In this document: piece after piece, positions 20,700 to 31,809 of the stretch
How positions within the stretch are numbered: position 1 is the first letter of the stretch
Layout of the letters: each line of letters opens with the position of its first letter
Position numbers and translations under genes: made by a program
The notes under the pieces: model-generated
The model's database searches: none
Told to the model about the DNA's origin: nothing
Seen by the model: only the letters and a program-made list of their open reading frames with translations
Virus record (IMG/VR): IMGVR_UViG_3300034105_003151
Coordinates: 64,001 to 128,000 of that record
Strand: one strand, 5' to 3'
DNA: 64,000 nucleotides
DNA from: a virus

Positions 20700-21730
20700 T
20701 TTTTCCTCTGGCTATTTAGTTGTTGTAATAGGTCTGATTTAACATCCGGCAAATCTATTACATTAATCCCTTGTTCGTTATTCTTAATCAAGTTCTCTCT
20801 TTGTTTTATTATTCTTTGAGATTCTAAAGAATTCAATCCAATAATTTCCGATGCAGATTCTCTATCTGCTACAATAAACATTTCTTTCGCGTTCCTATGT
20901 TTATCATATACACTATTTGCTTCATTTTCTTTCTTTTGTGCATCATTTTTTTGTTTTTGATATAACATCCAACCATCTAACATATCATCATCAGCGATTA
21001 TTTTTTCATCTGGACACTCAGGATGTTCATAAATCCTGTCATACATCATAGATAGGTTAATTAGACTTTTTTGTTCTTCAGTTAGTGAGGTGGGAGATTT
21101 TCCAAATACATTACTTTTGTCACAATTCCAAATTGATTTCCAATGTTCGCTTCTTGCTACTTCTTTCAATTCGTTATTAGTAATATTGTAGGAATGAATA
21201 CAAGATATCAATAGGTTAAAAAAATGCTGATCATTAGCTTCTAGATTTTTAGAAAACACTCTTTTTTTTGAGAGCTTATCATATAAGGTATTGATAATGA
21301 CGAATTCTGTTTTTCGGGTTTGAGCATAATCTTCTAGAGTTAAATAGTCTAAGCTATGCTTATTTTCATATAGAGATATTAGTGATTCCTTATATACTTC
21401 AAGATCCTTTCGAATAATTTTAATCCTATTGGCATTCAATCTACTAGAATACAAGTCCAACTTAGTCTTATCTATAGTCTTTTCTAATTGTGTTATTTGT
21501 TTATCATTGTCTTGATTCCATAACTTTAGCTTTCTCAACCAGTATTCGGCGTCTGGTCTTCTCATTACATCAGAAAATTTATTGTTCTCTAAAATTGAAC
21601 TATATAATCTTTCTGCTTCATATTTTATGGATAATGAAGGACATTTGAGTATATACTCTTTATTATCATGTTCAAAGTATAGTTTTTCTGAACAGATTCT
21701 ATAAATTAAATAAGAAACATTAGATTCCAT
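20696..21730 (-). CDS. Putative tail assembly chaperone-like protein
   Basis: YEHPECPDEKIIADDDMLDGW motif; location in the tail operon. Confidence 0.5.
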   Translation of the reverse strand: MESNVSYLIYRICSEKLYFEHDNKEYILKCPSLSIKYEAERLYSSILENNKFSDVMRRPDAEYWLRKLKLWNQDNDKQITQLEKTIDKTKLDLYSSRLNANRIKIIRKDLEVYKESLISLYENKHSLDYLTLEDYAQTRKTEFVIINTLYDKLSKKRVFSKNLEANDQHFFNLLISCIHSYNITNNELKEVARSEHWKSIWNCDKSNVFGKSPTSLTEEQKSLINLSMMYDRIYEHPECPDEKIIADDDMLDGWMLYQKQKNDAQKKENEANSVYDKHRNAKEMFIVADRESASEIIGLNSLESQRIIKQRENLIKNNEQGINVIDLPDVKSDLLQQLNSQRKK

Positions 21731-21879
21731 TAAGATACAACTGTTTTATTTTCCTGTAGTTCTCTGATGATATTATCTTTTTCGGATAATTTCTTTTGTA
21801 AAGAATCTATTACAGACTGAAGGGAAACGATATCTAAGTAAAGCTTCCCAACAGTCATGTATAGTTTTTCGGGGTCCAT
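21730..21879 (-). CDS. Small coiled-coil protein (49 aa; not in the ORF track)
   Basis: MDPEKLYMTVGKLYLDIVSLQSVIDSLQKKLSEKDNIIRELQENKTVVS*; TAATG coupling to the next gene. Confidence 0.6.
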   Translation of the reverse strand: MDPEKLYMTVGKLYLDIVSLQSVIDSLQKKLSEKDNIIRELQENKTVVS

Positions 21880-21893
21880 TGTTAATCCAATCC

Positions 21894-22976
21894 TTAGAGA
21901 ATATTATTGACACCACTTACAGAGAAGGAGTTAAATGTTTGGTAACTATAAGAAACTTCTACGTTACCACCACCAGTATCTCCACCTGTTTGATTAGCAC
22001 TTGTTAATCTATTAGTTGTTCCTAGATCAAACACATAAGCCGTACTAGTACTGTTAGGATCACAAATACGAATAACGATAGGCAAGTTAGTCAAGTTACC
22101 AGCGGCACTAGCAGAACATCCAACTTGAGTGCTAAAGTCATCTGCGTTTACTTGCGCACCGCTAACGGCTGTCACAGAAAATTCACTAGTAACTTCTACA
22201 GGGAAGTTGATATAGCGATAATATGGGGCTCTTACACCTAGCTTATTGATAGATTCACGACCAATATTACAATTAAGGGTAATACTATTGATGTGAACAG
22301 TACCAGCGGTTGCTGTTAGTCCAGCAATACCTCCACCAGAACCAGTTGGTAGAACACTAGTAGTAGTATCTAGTGACCATCTACGAGCAATTCTCTTGAC
22401 TTCATTTCCTGGTAGACCAGAATTAAAGCTAGTAATTCCACCACCAGTAGAAGGTTGCCATCTTAGATTGTTACTAACTAATGTTAGATCTTCTGTAAAA
22501 TTACCATCACTATTAAAGTTAAAAGCAATACTGCTTACATATGTTCCGCTACTAACAGCATACGCCTGTGCTGCTCCATTTGTTGTAATAACAGATTCAT
22601 CCCAAATACCAAGAGCAATATCACATCTACGATCAGAGATTTGAGTTAAACCTAAACCATTACTAAGAGAAGGTCCGGTCATTGATGATCCTGAAAGAGT
22701 ACCACTACCATCTAAACATAAGTTATATAACAGTCTTGTTCCGTCTAGAATACTATTAAGTGTAATTTCAACGTCTGGTACTTCTTCAATATTTGAATAC
22801 AGACCAAGCTGACCTAATTGATAAGCTTGTTCTAGATTGAAGTTTGTATTCATACCTATACTTTGAACTCCTCTAGCAACAACTTCGCTACCATAAATGT
22901 TATTTCCAGCAGCATTTGCTTGACATGGTCTAATCTTTACGGCTTGAACAGCATAGAAAATACGATTATTTGGCAT
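21894..22976 (-). CDS. Major tail (tube) protein
   Basis: Position after the neck genes; GVQSIG..FNLEQAYQLGQL; beta-rich, 360 aa. Confidence 0.65.
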   Translation of the reverse strand: MPNNRIFYAVQAVKIRPCQANAAGNNIYGSEVVARGVQSIGMNTNFNLEQAYQLGQLGLYSNIEEVPDVEITLNSILDGTRLLYNLCLDGSGTLSGSSMTGPSLSNGLGLTQISDRRCDIALGIWDESVITTNGAAQAYAVSSGTYVSSIAFNFNSDGNFTEDLTLVSNNLRWQPSTGGGITSFNSGLPGNEVKRIARRWSLDTTTSVLPTGSGGGIAGLTATAGTVHINSITLNCNIGRESINKLGVRAPYYRYINFPVEVTSEFSVTAVSGAQVNADDFSTQVGCSASAAGNLTNLPIVIRICDPNSTSTAYVFDLGTTNRLTSANQTGGDTGGGNVEVSYSYQTFNSFSVSGVNNIL

Positions 22977-22995
22977 TTGAAGAACCCCTATAAGG

Positions 22996-23937
22996 TTAGA
23001 AAATAATTTCGGTAGTTAATCTAACAATACACCAAAACAAAGTTGACGATACATTTTGTTGTGCGTCTATAAATGATACATCTTTAATAGACATTGTATT
23101 CCATAATAAATCATCTCTGCTAATAAGTTGACCGTAATTTAATCCTGAAGGATTACGAGATCCATTTCTATTTAACCCATCATAATTTCCCACGGCTACT
23201 TTATTAATATCATAAATTTTAAGATATTTTTCTTCTTGTAGTTTTAAGATATCAACTATATTTTTTCTTTGAGCATCAGATTCTGTATAAATATGGGCTA
23301 AGATATCTTGATTACGATAACAAACTAAAGACCCTAATTCGTATGGTTCTGCATTTGTTCTAGCAATAGACTCTATTATAATACATGGTAGCGGAAGAGA
23401 GTGGTTATTTTCCACGCTAGTATTAATATTTTTATAATTTAAAGTTTGTAATATTCTTCTACCTTCATGATCACTAGAGTTCAATACTTTGCACCATTTA
23501 TAAGCATAATTCATAGATACAGAAGTTGTTGGAGAAACAGCCTTGTCAAAAACTACTTGACTATTATTATAGTCTAGAGTATATGTCACTGCTCCGCTTC
23601 CCGATGGCCCTGGATAAAAAACATTATTTACAGTTAGTCCACTAATTTGTATAGGGGTTTGCGTATTATAAGATATTCCTGTTTCCCAGACCCATGGTGA
23701 TTTATGAGTTCCCCAAACAATATTTTCTTTATATGCAGGATCTTTTATTGGTTTTAGTTTATTAAGACTATTATTGTATAAACCACTTGCTGGAGCGACT
23801 ATATTTACAAAACCCCCAATATTTAAAAAACCATAGTCTATAAAATTTCGTAGATTTTCTTCTACAGAATTAATATAGAATGTGTCCGATAAGCTCGTCA
23901 CAAAGTTAAATTTTCCAAAATCATTATTGACGCTCAT
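22996..23937 (-). CDS. Tail terminator/completion protein
   Basis: LPLPCIIIE...PYELGS motif; synteny. Confidence 0.5.
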   Translation of the reverse strand: MSVNNDFGKFNFVTSLSDTFYINSVEENLRNFIDYGFLNIGGFVNIVAPASGLYNNSLNKLKPIKDPAYKENIVWGTHKSPWVWETGISYNTQTPIQISGLTVNNVFYPGPSGSGAVTYTLDYNNSQVVFDKAVSPTTSVSMNYAYKWCKVLNSSDHEGRRILQTLNYKNINTSVENNHSLPLPCIIIESIARTNAEPYELGSLVCYRNQDILAHIYTESDAQRKNIVDILKLQEEKYLKIYDINKVAVGNYDGLNRNGSRNPSGLNYGQLISRDDLLWNTMSIKDVSFIDAQQNVSSTLFWCIVRLTTEIIF

Positions 23938-24590
23938 ATATTACTCTTTATTGTAGACTGTATAATTGCAACTACTTGTTTTTCGCATGTACTTAATGCT
24001 CTTGTTATCCAGTTATTAGTGATCGTTCCTGCGTATTGAGGAGGAACTCTCCAATTTGTATTAGAACGTTTCATTAATGCACCACCAGTTCTTGAATAGG
24101 TGCTAGGTTCAAGAACCACTTCATAATTTTTTACAATGGGCGAACTACCTTCAAATAACAACCATTCTAACCAAGGTAATGAATACTGTCTTTGTAAATC
24201 GATTACTCTAGCATTAGAAGATAATGTAATTGCTTGTAAATCCTGCTTACCTATCATCTTATATACAAAACCTCCACTTATTCCATAGTTTGTAATTTTA
24301 GTATTTTTATTATCTATCTGACCAGTCTCTACCAGGGCTTGTACCAGCTCATCTATACTGTTTGGATTTGCTATACCAAGTTCATATCTAAGGGTTCCTG
24401 TTTTAAGTGAAAGATATTCGGGTTCGTCTCTTAATGCTTTAGCTACTATTTTTTGAATACTCAGATTAATAATAGGTAAACTTTTTTGAATTGTTTTATT
24501 CACTTCTGATAATAAAGAATTAAGAATTAAAGTCCTAACTTGTTTATCACTTTCTAGTATTTTAGCAGATATTCTCACGGTAGGGTCCAA
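23934..24590 (-). CDS. Neck/tail completion protein
   Basis: LPWLEWLLFEG...NWITRAL; synteny. Confidence 0.45.
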   Translation of the reverse strand: MDPTVRISAKILESDKQVRTLILNSLLSEVNKTIQKSLPIINLSIQKIVAKALRDEPEYLSLKTGTLRYELGIANPNSIDELVQALVETGQIDNKNTKITNYGISGGFVYKMIGKQDLQAITLSSNARVIDLQRQYSLPWLEWLLFEGSSPIVKNYEVVLEPSTYSRTGGALMKRSNTNWRVPPQYAGTITNNWITRALSTCEKQVVAIIQSTIKSNI

Positions 24591-25084
24591 TTAGTTAATA
24601 AGTAGTCTTGATTACCAAATCCTAAAGGAGTAGGATATCCAGATTTTGTATATAGATTGTTATTAGTAGGTAAAGAAGAATTAAGAACTGCTTGAGTACA
24701 ATTTTCTAATTTATTAAGCAGAGATATCGGGCATAGTGTTTGTGCTGCCATATTAGGAATGTTAACAAATTTTGGCCCCCAGTTCATCCAATATTTACTA
24801 TCAATTATAACTGCCATATATACTGTTTCTTGTGAGTCATAATCTACCTTACCAAAACCACCACAAACGGGACACAAACTACCTTCTTGAAAACTTACTG
24901 GTCCAGAATTATTATACTTATTTAGTGATTGATTTAATATTGTGTCATACACACAGTTATTGCAAAACTTATAATTTGTAGAATTATATTTTAATATACA
25001 AGGTACTGTTAATCCATCTTGTGCTAAAATCATATCTATATGAGTATTAAATAATGCTTTTAGTTCTGGAGTAATTAGGTTCAT
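24575..25084 (-). CDS. Head closure/stopper-like protein with Zn ribbon
   Basis: CNNC...CPVCGGFG; synteny. Confidence 0.45.
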   Translation of the reverse strand: MNLITPELKALFNTHIDMILAQDGLTVPCILKYNSTNYKFCNNCVYDTILNQSLNKYNNSGPVSFQEGSLCPVCGGFGKVDYDSQETVYMAVIIDSKYWMNWGPKFVNIPNMAAQTLCPISLLNKLENCTQAVLNSSLPTNNNLYTKSGYPTPLGFGNQDYLLTNWTLP

Positions 25085-25596
25085 GAGTAAAAGTCTCTAC
25101 TTCTAGCGAGATTAGTACGAATACTTCTTGGATCAAACTTATTACCAACGAACGGAGAAAGAACAGCACGAACAGCAGTTGCTTCTTTTACGTCCCAATG
25201 ACTTGTTAATTCGTCATAGAATGCACACGGTCCCTGTTCTATAATTAACTTAATTCCAGTGAGATTTCCAGCAACACTTAATTGTGCCGGTCCTAGAGAG
25301 GCTCTAATGCCTTCGCTAGCGGCTTTTGTTCTTAATGTACTCTGATCTACTAAACACGCAGCTTTAAGACTTACTAGCATAACAAAAATATTGTCATTGC
25401 TAATAGATGGATCAGGAGTAATATTTGGATCAACAACATTTATTTCGTATGGTGTTTCAAGATTAACATCAAACTCTACTTGTTTTGCAGCAACTGTGAT
25501 GACCTGAAGTAGTCTTTCGTCGCTATATGTGGGACTATCTGATAAATCATTAATTAGTGTTCTAACAATAATAGGTATTTCAATATTCCAACTCAT
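25081..25596 (-). CDS. Head-tail adaptor
   Basis: VRTLINDL...YSDERL helical adaptor-like start; synteny. Confidence 0.5.
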   Translation of the reverse strand: MSWNIEIPIIVRTLINDLSDSPTYSDERLLQVITVAAKQVEFDVNLETPYEINVVDPNITPDPSISNDNIFVMLVSLKAACLVDQSTLRTKAASEGIRASLGPAQLSVAGNLTGIKLIIEQGPCAFYDELTSHWDVKEATAVRAVLSPFVGNKFDPRSIRTNLARSRDFYS

Positions 25597-25638
25597 ATAG
25601 GTTTCTCCGATAATTTAATTTTTACAATAACAAATACA

Positions 25639-26184
25639 CTAAATACTGGACCCTTCTATAAAAGCTCGGTCAAGATCACTTGCTGATAATCCTAGCTGAA
25701 AAGCCAGAGAGTTTATCCACTGATACGATCTTTCGATATATGGAGCATATTCCCATTCTGTTCGTATACTTTCTCTTAAGACCGGATCTTCTATAGAGTC
25801 TATAACAGAATTTATCATATTGAGATCAATACCATTATGAATTAGCCACAATCTAGCTTGTCTAGCACTAATCCTCTCCCCAGGAACAACAGTCTCTAAA
25901 GAAACTAATTTTTCATTCATGTCAGAAACTTTTTTGTCTAAAACGGATACTGGAGATGCTGGGTCAATTGTGATTAATGGATTTTCCCCAGGGTTTCGCG
26001 GTGTCAGTCCTAGATCTAAACACGCCTGAACGTATTCCTGATGATTTGTGCCTATCCAATACACTGTAGTACCAGCACCAACTGTTGTAACACAATTAGA
26101 GGGAGTTAGTCCGTCATAATAAGACACCCCATCTGATAGTATCCAGTATGTTGGCTCTTTTGGAAAAATAATCTGAGAAGTCAT
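25639..26184 (-). CDS. Fibre-associated protein
   Basis: ISARQARLWL...WEYAPYIERS...LGLS..DLD.AF domain seen next to phage fibre genes; start taken at the ATGA overlap. Confidence 0.55.
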   Translation of the reverse strand: MTSQIIFPKEPTYWILSDGVSYYDGLTPSNCVTTVGAGTTVYWIGTNHQEYVQACLDLGLTPRNPGENPLITIDPASPVSVLDKKVSDMNEKLVSLETVVPGERISARQARLWLIHNGIDLNMINSVIDSIEDPVLRESIRTEWEYAPYIERSYQWINSLAFQLGLSASDLDRAFIEGSSI

Positions 26185-29177
26185 GCTTGAAACCCTCCAT
26201 CGGTAATCGTCCATCCGTAGTTTACTAGTCGCTGTCTAGCACCGGAGCTAGCGGCGGTATATTTAGCGGTGCCAAAGTTTACGTTTATTCCTGTGGCCCA
26301 GGGCTTTATTGGATTTCCTGTGGAAGTAGTGGCCCATGAATTCAATAATAAGTCATAGTTGCCACTTCCAATATTAGTATTTATCATGAAATTATTAAAA
26401 TTGGTACAATTACATAGATTCCAACCAGTTAACGATACTTGTAGACTACTACAGTTTGTGAACATATTGCTGACTGTTGTTATTCCTGTAACATTCCAAT
26501 TGTTCAAGCCGTTTCCTATAAATGATGCGGCACCGAAAAACATATTAGAACAGACATTATTTCCTTGAAAAGTCCAGTTTGAAAAATCACCAGAAGTCAT
26601 AAGATTTCCACCAAACATATTGATACAATCTGCACCATTTGGTATAGTCCATCCAGTAATCCCGACCTTCAACGAGCCGTTAGTAAACATAGAAGCAAAA
26701 GTCACACTTTTACTAATGTTCCAATTGCTTAGTCCTGAGCCTGCAAAACTAGTACAACCACCAAACATATTAAACAACGTATTTTTGGTAGTATTCCAAT
26801 TGCTTGCATCAAAATTTAGATTAGCGTTGTTAGTAAATATACTATTCATATTACTTATTCCGCTAGTATTCCAAGATTCCAATCCAACTCCTCTAAAATT
26901 TGTACATCCATTAAACATATTGGTACAGTTGATATTATTCCCATTAAAGATCCAGTTTGAAAAATTACCAGAGTTTATGTTAGATGCCCCCTGAAACATA
27001 CTAGTGAGATTAGCTCCGCTTGCTATAGTCCAGCCACTAATACCAACTGTTGACGAATTAGTATTATTCAAAAACATATTGCTAAAGTTTGTGCATTTGC
27101 TTACATTCCAGTTGCTTAATCCACTTTTTGCAAAATTATTAGCTGTTTGAAAAGCATTTGCCATTGTAGTAACATTAGCAACATTCCATCCACTCAAATT
27201 GTTATTAAAATTAGTGTTGCCCAAAAACATATTAGTCATGTTGCTGATACCACTAGTATTCCAATAGTCCAATCCAATTCCTCGGAAGTTTGTACATCCA
27301 TTAAACATACTAGTGCAATTGATTCCGCTTCCATTGAAGGTCCAATTTTGAAAATTAGCAGAATTTATAGCAGTAGAACTTTGAAACATACTAGAAAGAT
27401 TTGCATCACTAGCTATAGTCCAACCGCTAATTCCAACAGCTAAAGGATTGACTTGGTTCATAAACATACTGCTAAAATTTATACACTTATTTGGCCTCCA
27501 ATTACTTAATCCACTTCCCGCAAAGGAATTAGCCCCTCGAAACATATTAGCCATATTTGTAACATTGCTAGTATCCCAACCACTAACATTAGTATTAAAA
27601 TTCCCGCATAACAAAAACATACCACTCATATTGGTAACATTGCTAGTATTCCAATTGCTTAAATTTCCAACAATCATTGTTGAGTTTATGTTTTCAAACA
27701 TTCGATTCATATCAACAATTCCGCTGGTATTCCACGAGCTAAGATCAACATTTAAACTATTGAATGCCGCCGGATAATTAAAACCTGCAAACATTCTAGC
27801 AGTACTACTATTTGAACCAAAAGTCCATCCTGATAAGGAAATAAATTTACTTGCATATGTATCTCCAAACATTCCTAAGCAATTAGCTCCACTTGCTATA
27901 TTCCAGTTGTCTATTCTTATAGAAGCATTTCCTCCAGCATTTAGACCAACAGATCTTAACATAAAATACTGAAAATTGGTTACTTTGCTGACATTCCAAT
28001 TACTTAAATCAGCAACCATAAAATCACTACCAAACTGAAACATACTGCTCATATTTGTAACACCGCTCACATTCCAATCGTTTAATCCACTCTTCGTTCC
28101 ATTCACACCGTAGAACATATTGTTAAGATTTGTTACCCCTCTTAAATCCCAGCTTGGCATATACAAATTAGTTACGCTAGCGGGGGCACTAGTTCCCGCA
28201 TTAAACATACCATTTGCAAGTGATGTTAATCTCCATCCTGAAAGGGTGCAGTTGTTTAATGTGGCTCCAAGAAACATATTTATAGTATTATTTCCGCTCC
28301 AATTTATAAAAGAACAATCGTTTATATTCGAAAAAGAGAACATCGACGGAGCCCCATTACACGCCCATCCACTAAAAGTAATGTTTGACAGTCTGGTATT
28401 TGTAAATGCATTTCCGAAATTCACCACCAGATTAGTATTCCAATTCCAGTCTCCATTAACGGTAATATTACAATTTTGAAAAGATCTTCTCATATCAATA
28501 ACATTCGAAGTGTCCCATTGGGTAAAATTACTGGTATTAAGATTTGAACATCCATTAAAACAATCGGCCAAATTTCTTCTAAAAGGGGCACCAGCAGCAG
28601 GGTCCGTGGGCTTGATATAAGGAGGAACACTCAAAAGACTAGCTCCGCAAGCAGAGTGATTCACGACGGTGGTGATCGTAACTAAATCCCCATAAGATAA
28701 AATAGCAACCGTTGCCAATCCAGCATGTGGAACATTAGTAATCGTATATCCCATTATTCCTTTAATAACAACTGTGTATATACCATGTTTAGGATAAGTA
28801 TGAGACACAGTAAAGAGACTTATAGAAAGTGCAGTTGGCTCAAATCTTGTTTCATAACTTCCAGGTCTTCTAATCTGAGTTGTTCCCGCCGGAATAAGTC
28901 CTCCACTCGTACCGTCTCCCCAGAATATCTCTATAACAGATCCTTGAAGACTTATTCCCATAGATAAAACAATAGTTGTTGATCCACCCTTAGTAGTATC
29001 TATTACCATCACAAAATCTTTACTACTAAAACCATCATTGTTTCCAATCCTAAAGTCATCAATTTTAGGATAATGATAAGGAGTCGGGACTGTTTGCGGA
29101 ATTCCCAATAAAGGTTTTATTCCAACAAGGTCTGTGGCGACAGAAAAATTTGGAGTACCAAGTATGCCGTTATTCAC
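26181..29177 (-). CDS. DUF285/BspA-like repeat surface (receptor-binding?) protein
   Basis: Many tandem ~25-aa repeats: LSNWNTSNVTNMS.MF. Confidence 0.85.
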   Translation of the reverse strand: MNNGILGTPNFSVATDLVGIKPLLGIPQTVPTPYHYPKIDDFRIGNNDGFSSKDFVMVIDTTKGGSTTIVLSMGISLQGSVIEIFWGDGTSGGLIPAGTTQIRRPGSYETRFEPTALSISLFTVSHTYPKHGIYTVVIKGIMGYTITNVPHAGLATVAILSYGDLVTITTVVNHSACGASLLSVPPYIKPTDPAAGAPFRRNLADCFNGCSNLNTSNFTQWDTSNVIDMRRSFQNCNITVNGDWNWNTNLVVNFGNAFTNTRLSNITFSGWACNGAPSMFSFSNINDCSFINWSGNNTINMFLGATLNNCTLSGWRLTSLANGMFNAGTSAPASVTNLYMPSWDLRGVTNLNNMFYGVNGTKSGLNDWNVSGVTNMSSMFQFGSDFMVADLSNWNVSKVTNFQYFMLRSVGLNAGGNASIRIDNWNIASGANCLGMFGDTYASKFISLSGWTFGSNSSTARMFAGFNYPAAFNSLNVDLSSWNTSGIVDMNRMFENINSTMIVGNLSNWNTSNVTNMSGMFLLCGNFNTNVSGWDTSNVTNMANMFRGANSFAGSGLSNWRPNKCINFSSMFMNQVNPLAVGISGWTIASDANLSSMFQSSTAINSANFQNWTFNGSGINCTSMFNGCTNFRGIGLDYWNTSGISNMTNMFLGNTNFNNNLSGWNVANVTTMANAFQTANNFAKSGLSNWNVSKCTNFSNMFLNNTNSSTVGISGWTIASGANLTSMFQGASNINSGNFSNWIFNGNNINCTNMFNGCTNFRGVGLESWNTSGISNMNSIFTNNANLNFDASNWNTTKNTLFNMFGGCTSFAGSGLSNWNISKSVTFASMFTNGSLKVGITGWTIPNGADCINMFGGNLMTSGDFSNWTFQGNNVCSNMFFGAASFIGNGLNNWNVTGITTVSNMFTNCSSLQVSLTGWNLCNCTNFNNFMINTNIGSGNYDLLLNSWATTSTGNPIKPWATGINVNFGTAKYTAASSGARQRLVNYGWTITDGGFQA

Positions 29178-29572
29178 AGATCTGCCCCTAGTGCTATGAT
29201 ATTAAAACCTTGAGCCGGCCCTACGCTATTAGTAGCACTTAAAATCTGGCCACTCATTAATACAAGGTTATTGTAGGTTGTACTAATTCTTGTGGCCTTA
29301 ACGCTCGCGGAGGGAGCGGCTACTGCGATAGTTATTTCATCAAATAATGGATTACCAACAATTCCAACTCCAGAGATATAAACTCTAGCTAGACCAGCAA
29401 CGGTTGTTCCTGTTGCCTGAATAACAATTTCGGCTATTCTTGTGCCATTACTTGCCCCACTGGCAAATGGAACGTATCCAGACCCTGAGATTCCATCTCG
29501 GTTGTTATTTAGAATCGTTACAAAACCATTTCCAATTTCTGGAATTACTGCAAATGCCGGATTATCAGCCAT
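29174..29572 (-). CDS. Small beta-rich virion protein
   Basis: ORF track; between fibre genes. Confidence 0.55.
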   Translation of the reverse strand: MADNPAFAVIPEIGNGFVTILNNNRDGISGSGYVPFASGASNGTRIAEIVIQATGTTVAGLARVYISGVGIVGNPLFDEITIAVAAPSASVKATRISTTYNNLVLMSGQILSATNSVGPAQGFNIIALGADL

Positions 29573-29583
29573 GTTATTTTCCT

Positions 29584-31809
29584 TTATCTATAAGTTGACC
29601 ATAAGAATAAATTTTTCCCATTGTTCACATTTACACCATTGATAAATAACGAATTATTACTAAAGGTTAATCCGCTTTGACCAATTATGCCCGAGCTTGT
29701 TCCGTCTGAAACTAATACTCTTCCAGAGCCTGGATCGGATACGGAAACACTGCTTCCTCCACCCCCACCAGAAGCGTTAATTGTATAAATTCCGCTAGTA
29801 CTAGTGATAGTTACATTATTACCGGGGAGTAGTTCCTTAACTGGCAACAGCCCGCTGACTCCGCTATCAAAATTTGAAATATCAGAAACTAAATGGGTGT
29901 GTCCACTTAAGCTAACACCCGTATTATTTAGTCTTAGATAATTAAAAACATTCAATCCACTAGATGCAGTACCACTTGCAAAACTTAAACCGTATGTTAC
30001 AAGCATATTAGGTACTATAGCACCTACAAGCGGATTATTATTTCCAATAGAAGTGTTTCCATCTTCGTCCACATTAAAGCTAGGAGTGTTACAGACAAAG
30101 AGGGTATCTACATATAAGTTATTAAATACGGCATCGTTTAACTGAGCATAAGGAGTTAGTAATCCACTAACACTGCTATTAAAATTACCAATATCTGAAC
30201 TTGTTATTCCGCTGTTACGCCAAAGCGATCCGTCATATTTCAAAAATTGTCCACTAATCGCTCCGGTTGTTGCAACATTATGTAGTTCTTCTAGTTCAAA
30301 ACCATTTTGTATAGAAACCTCTATGATCCCTTGATTAACGTGATTTCTAACTATTTTGCCGACAACTACCATATGATTTGGGGCAGTTGGTTTTATGGCT
30401 GTTAAGTTGCCAGAAACACTCGGGCTTAGATATAGAGTACTGCCCTCCACAGCACCAAACTGGTCAGTATTAACATCAATCAATTCTCCAAAAACAACAA
30501 CATCTCCAGCACTATTATTATTTATCTGACTAGCGGTAATGCCGTAAGTTTTACTAGATCCAGCTTCACTAGAAGCGATAGATTTTTGTATTGTTGGCCT
30601 ATTCCCATGACCTCCATTAATATAAACCACAGTCATCTTTGGTAAAGTAGATCCGGTCCTATTTTCGCATCTTGTTATTAATGAAGAAGCACTACTAGCA
30701 GCAACACCATATGCTGTCACAGTATAAATTCCAGAAGTCACCCCTATCTGTATTCCAGAACCGGCGAGAATGTCTTTTACAGAAATAAGATTATTAACCG
30801 ATGTATTAAAGTCTGTTATTTGCGAGCTAGTATGAGTATGCCCGCTTAAACTTACAGGAACTCCGTTTACCCGCAGGGTTATAAAGTTGCCACTATTTAA
30901 TAAAGCATAGGGAGTTAGCAGTCCACTTACTGATGAATTAAAGTTTGTAATATCGCTTGAAGTATGATTATGTCCTACTAAGCTGTAATTGCCACTTGGC
31001 TGTAAACCTGTTACAGAAACAGAGAATAGTCCGGTTGTTGAAACGATATTAACATATCCACTACCAATCACATTTTTAACTGGTATTAATGAGCTAACAC
31101 TAGAGTTAAAATCTGTTATTTGTGAGCTAGTATGCGTATGTCCACTTATGCTATAGTTTCCACTAGGCTGTAATCCCGTGACCGATACCGTAAAAACCCC
31201 TCCAGAAGACGCTACAGAAGCGTATCCGCTGCCCAATATATTTTTTACTGACAATAGTCCACTTACGCTAGAATTAAAATCAGTTATTGCTGAAGCTGTG
31301 TGGGAGTGTCCGCTGATGCTAACAGGAGTTCCGCTTATAGACAGAGAATTAAAATTACCTGTACCAGATATTACGTTTATGGATACTCCACTATTTAATA
31401 GACTCTGTATCTGAGAACTACTAAGACCGAATGTTCCGGTTGTATATATTGTGTATAAATTTCCATTTTGACTTACAGAGATACCGCTGGTTCCTGAAAG
31501 AGTAATATTTTGAGCAAGAGCATTTATAGTTATTGATCCGTCTAGTCCAGAAGCAAATACTATTCCCGATCCAGAATATAATCCACTCACTCTATTTATA
31601 GGTAATAATCCTGTTGTATAACTTATAGGATAGGTGTCTGGAAAATCACTAGGAAGTATTTTATCTCTATTACTAATTTCTAAGTAAACACCACCAGAAG
31701 TAATTATTTCTATAGAAGGAACATCTGTGCCACTAGCCCCAACGGCTACTTCTAAAGAATAAGACGGTTGTTCTATTATTTCAATATTAAAATCTGTCAT
31801 ATTTGACAC
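29584..31809 (-). CDS. Fibre protein with His-pair repeats
   Basis: About 6 repeats of SGHTHTSSQITDFNSSVSGLL; Gly/Ser-rich. Confidence 0.7.
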   Translation of the reverse strand: MSNMTDFNIEIIEQPSYSLEVAVGASGTDVPSIEIITSGGVYLEISNRDKILPSDFPDTYPISYTTGLLPINRVSGLYSGSGIVFASGLDGSITINALAQNITLSGTSGISVSQNGNLYTIYTTGTFGLSSSQIQSLLNSGVSINVISGTGNFNSLSISGTPVSISGHSHTASAITDFNSSVSGLLSVKNILGSGYASVASSGGVFTVSVTGLQPSGNYSISGHTHTSSQITDFNSSVSSLIPVKNVIGSGYVNIVSTTGLFSVSVTGLQPSGNYSLVGHNHTSSDITNFNSSVSGLLTPYALLNSGNFITLRVNGVPVSLSGHTHTSSQITDFNTSVNNLISVKDILAGSGIQIGVTSGIYTVTAYGVAASSASSLITRCENRTGSTLPKMTVVYINGGHGNRPTIQKSIASSEAGSSKTYGITASQINNNSAGDVVVFGELIDVNTDQFGAVEGSTLYLSPSVSGNLTAIKPTAPNHMVVVGKIVRNHVNQGIIEVSIQNGFELEELHNVATTGAISGQFLKYDGSLWRNSGITSSDIGNFNSSVSGLLTPYAQLNDAVFNNLYVDTLFVCNTPSFNVDEDGNTSIGNNNPLVGAIVPNMLVTYGLSFASGTASSGLNVFNYLRLNNTGVSLSGHTHLVSDISNFDSGVSGLLPVKELLPGNNVTITSTSGIYTINASGGGGGSSVSVSDPGSGRVLVSDGTSSGIIGQSGLTFSNNSLFINGVNVNNGKNLFLWSTYR

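Noticed and set aside
19555-21730. Programmed frameshift in the tail chaperones
   Set aside because: The ORFs have their own coupled starts, and I could not identify a convincing slippery site.
26181-31809. Diversity-generating retroelement acting on the fibre genes
   Set aside because: No reverse transcriptase and no adenine-specific TR/VR pair seen; the repeats are protein-level.
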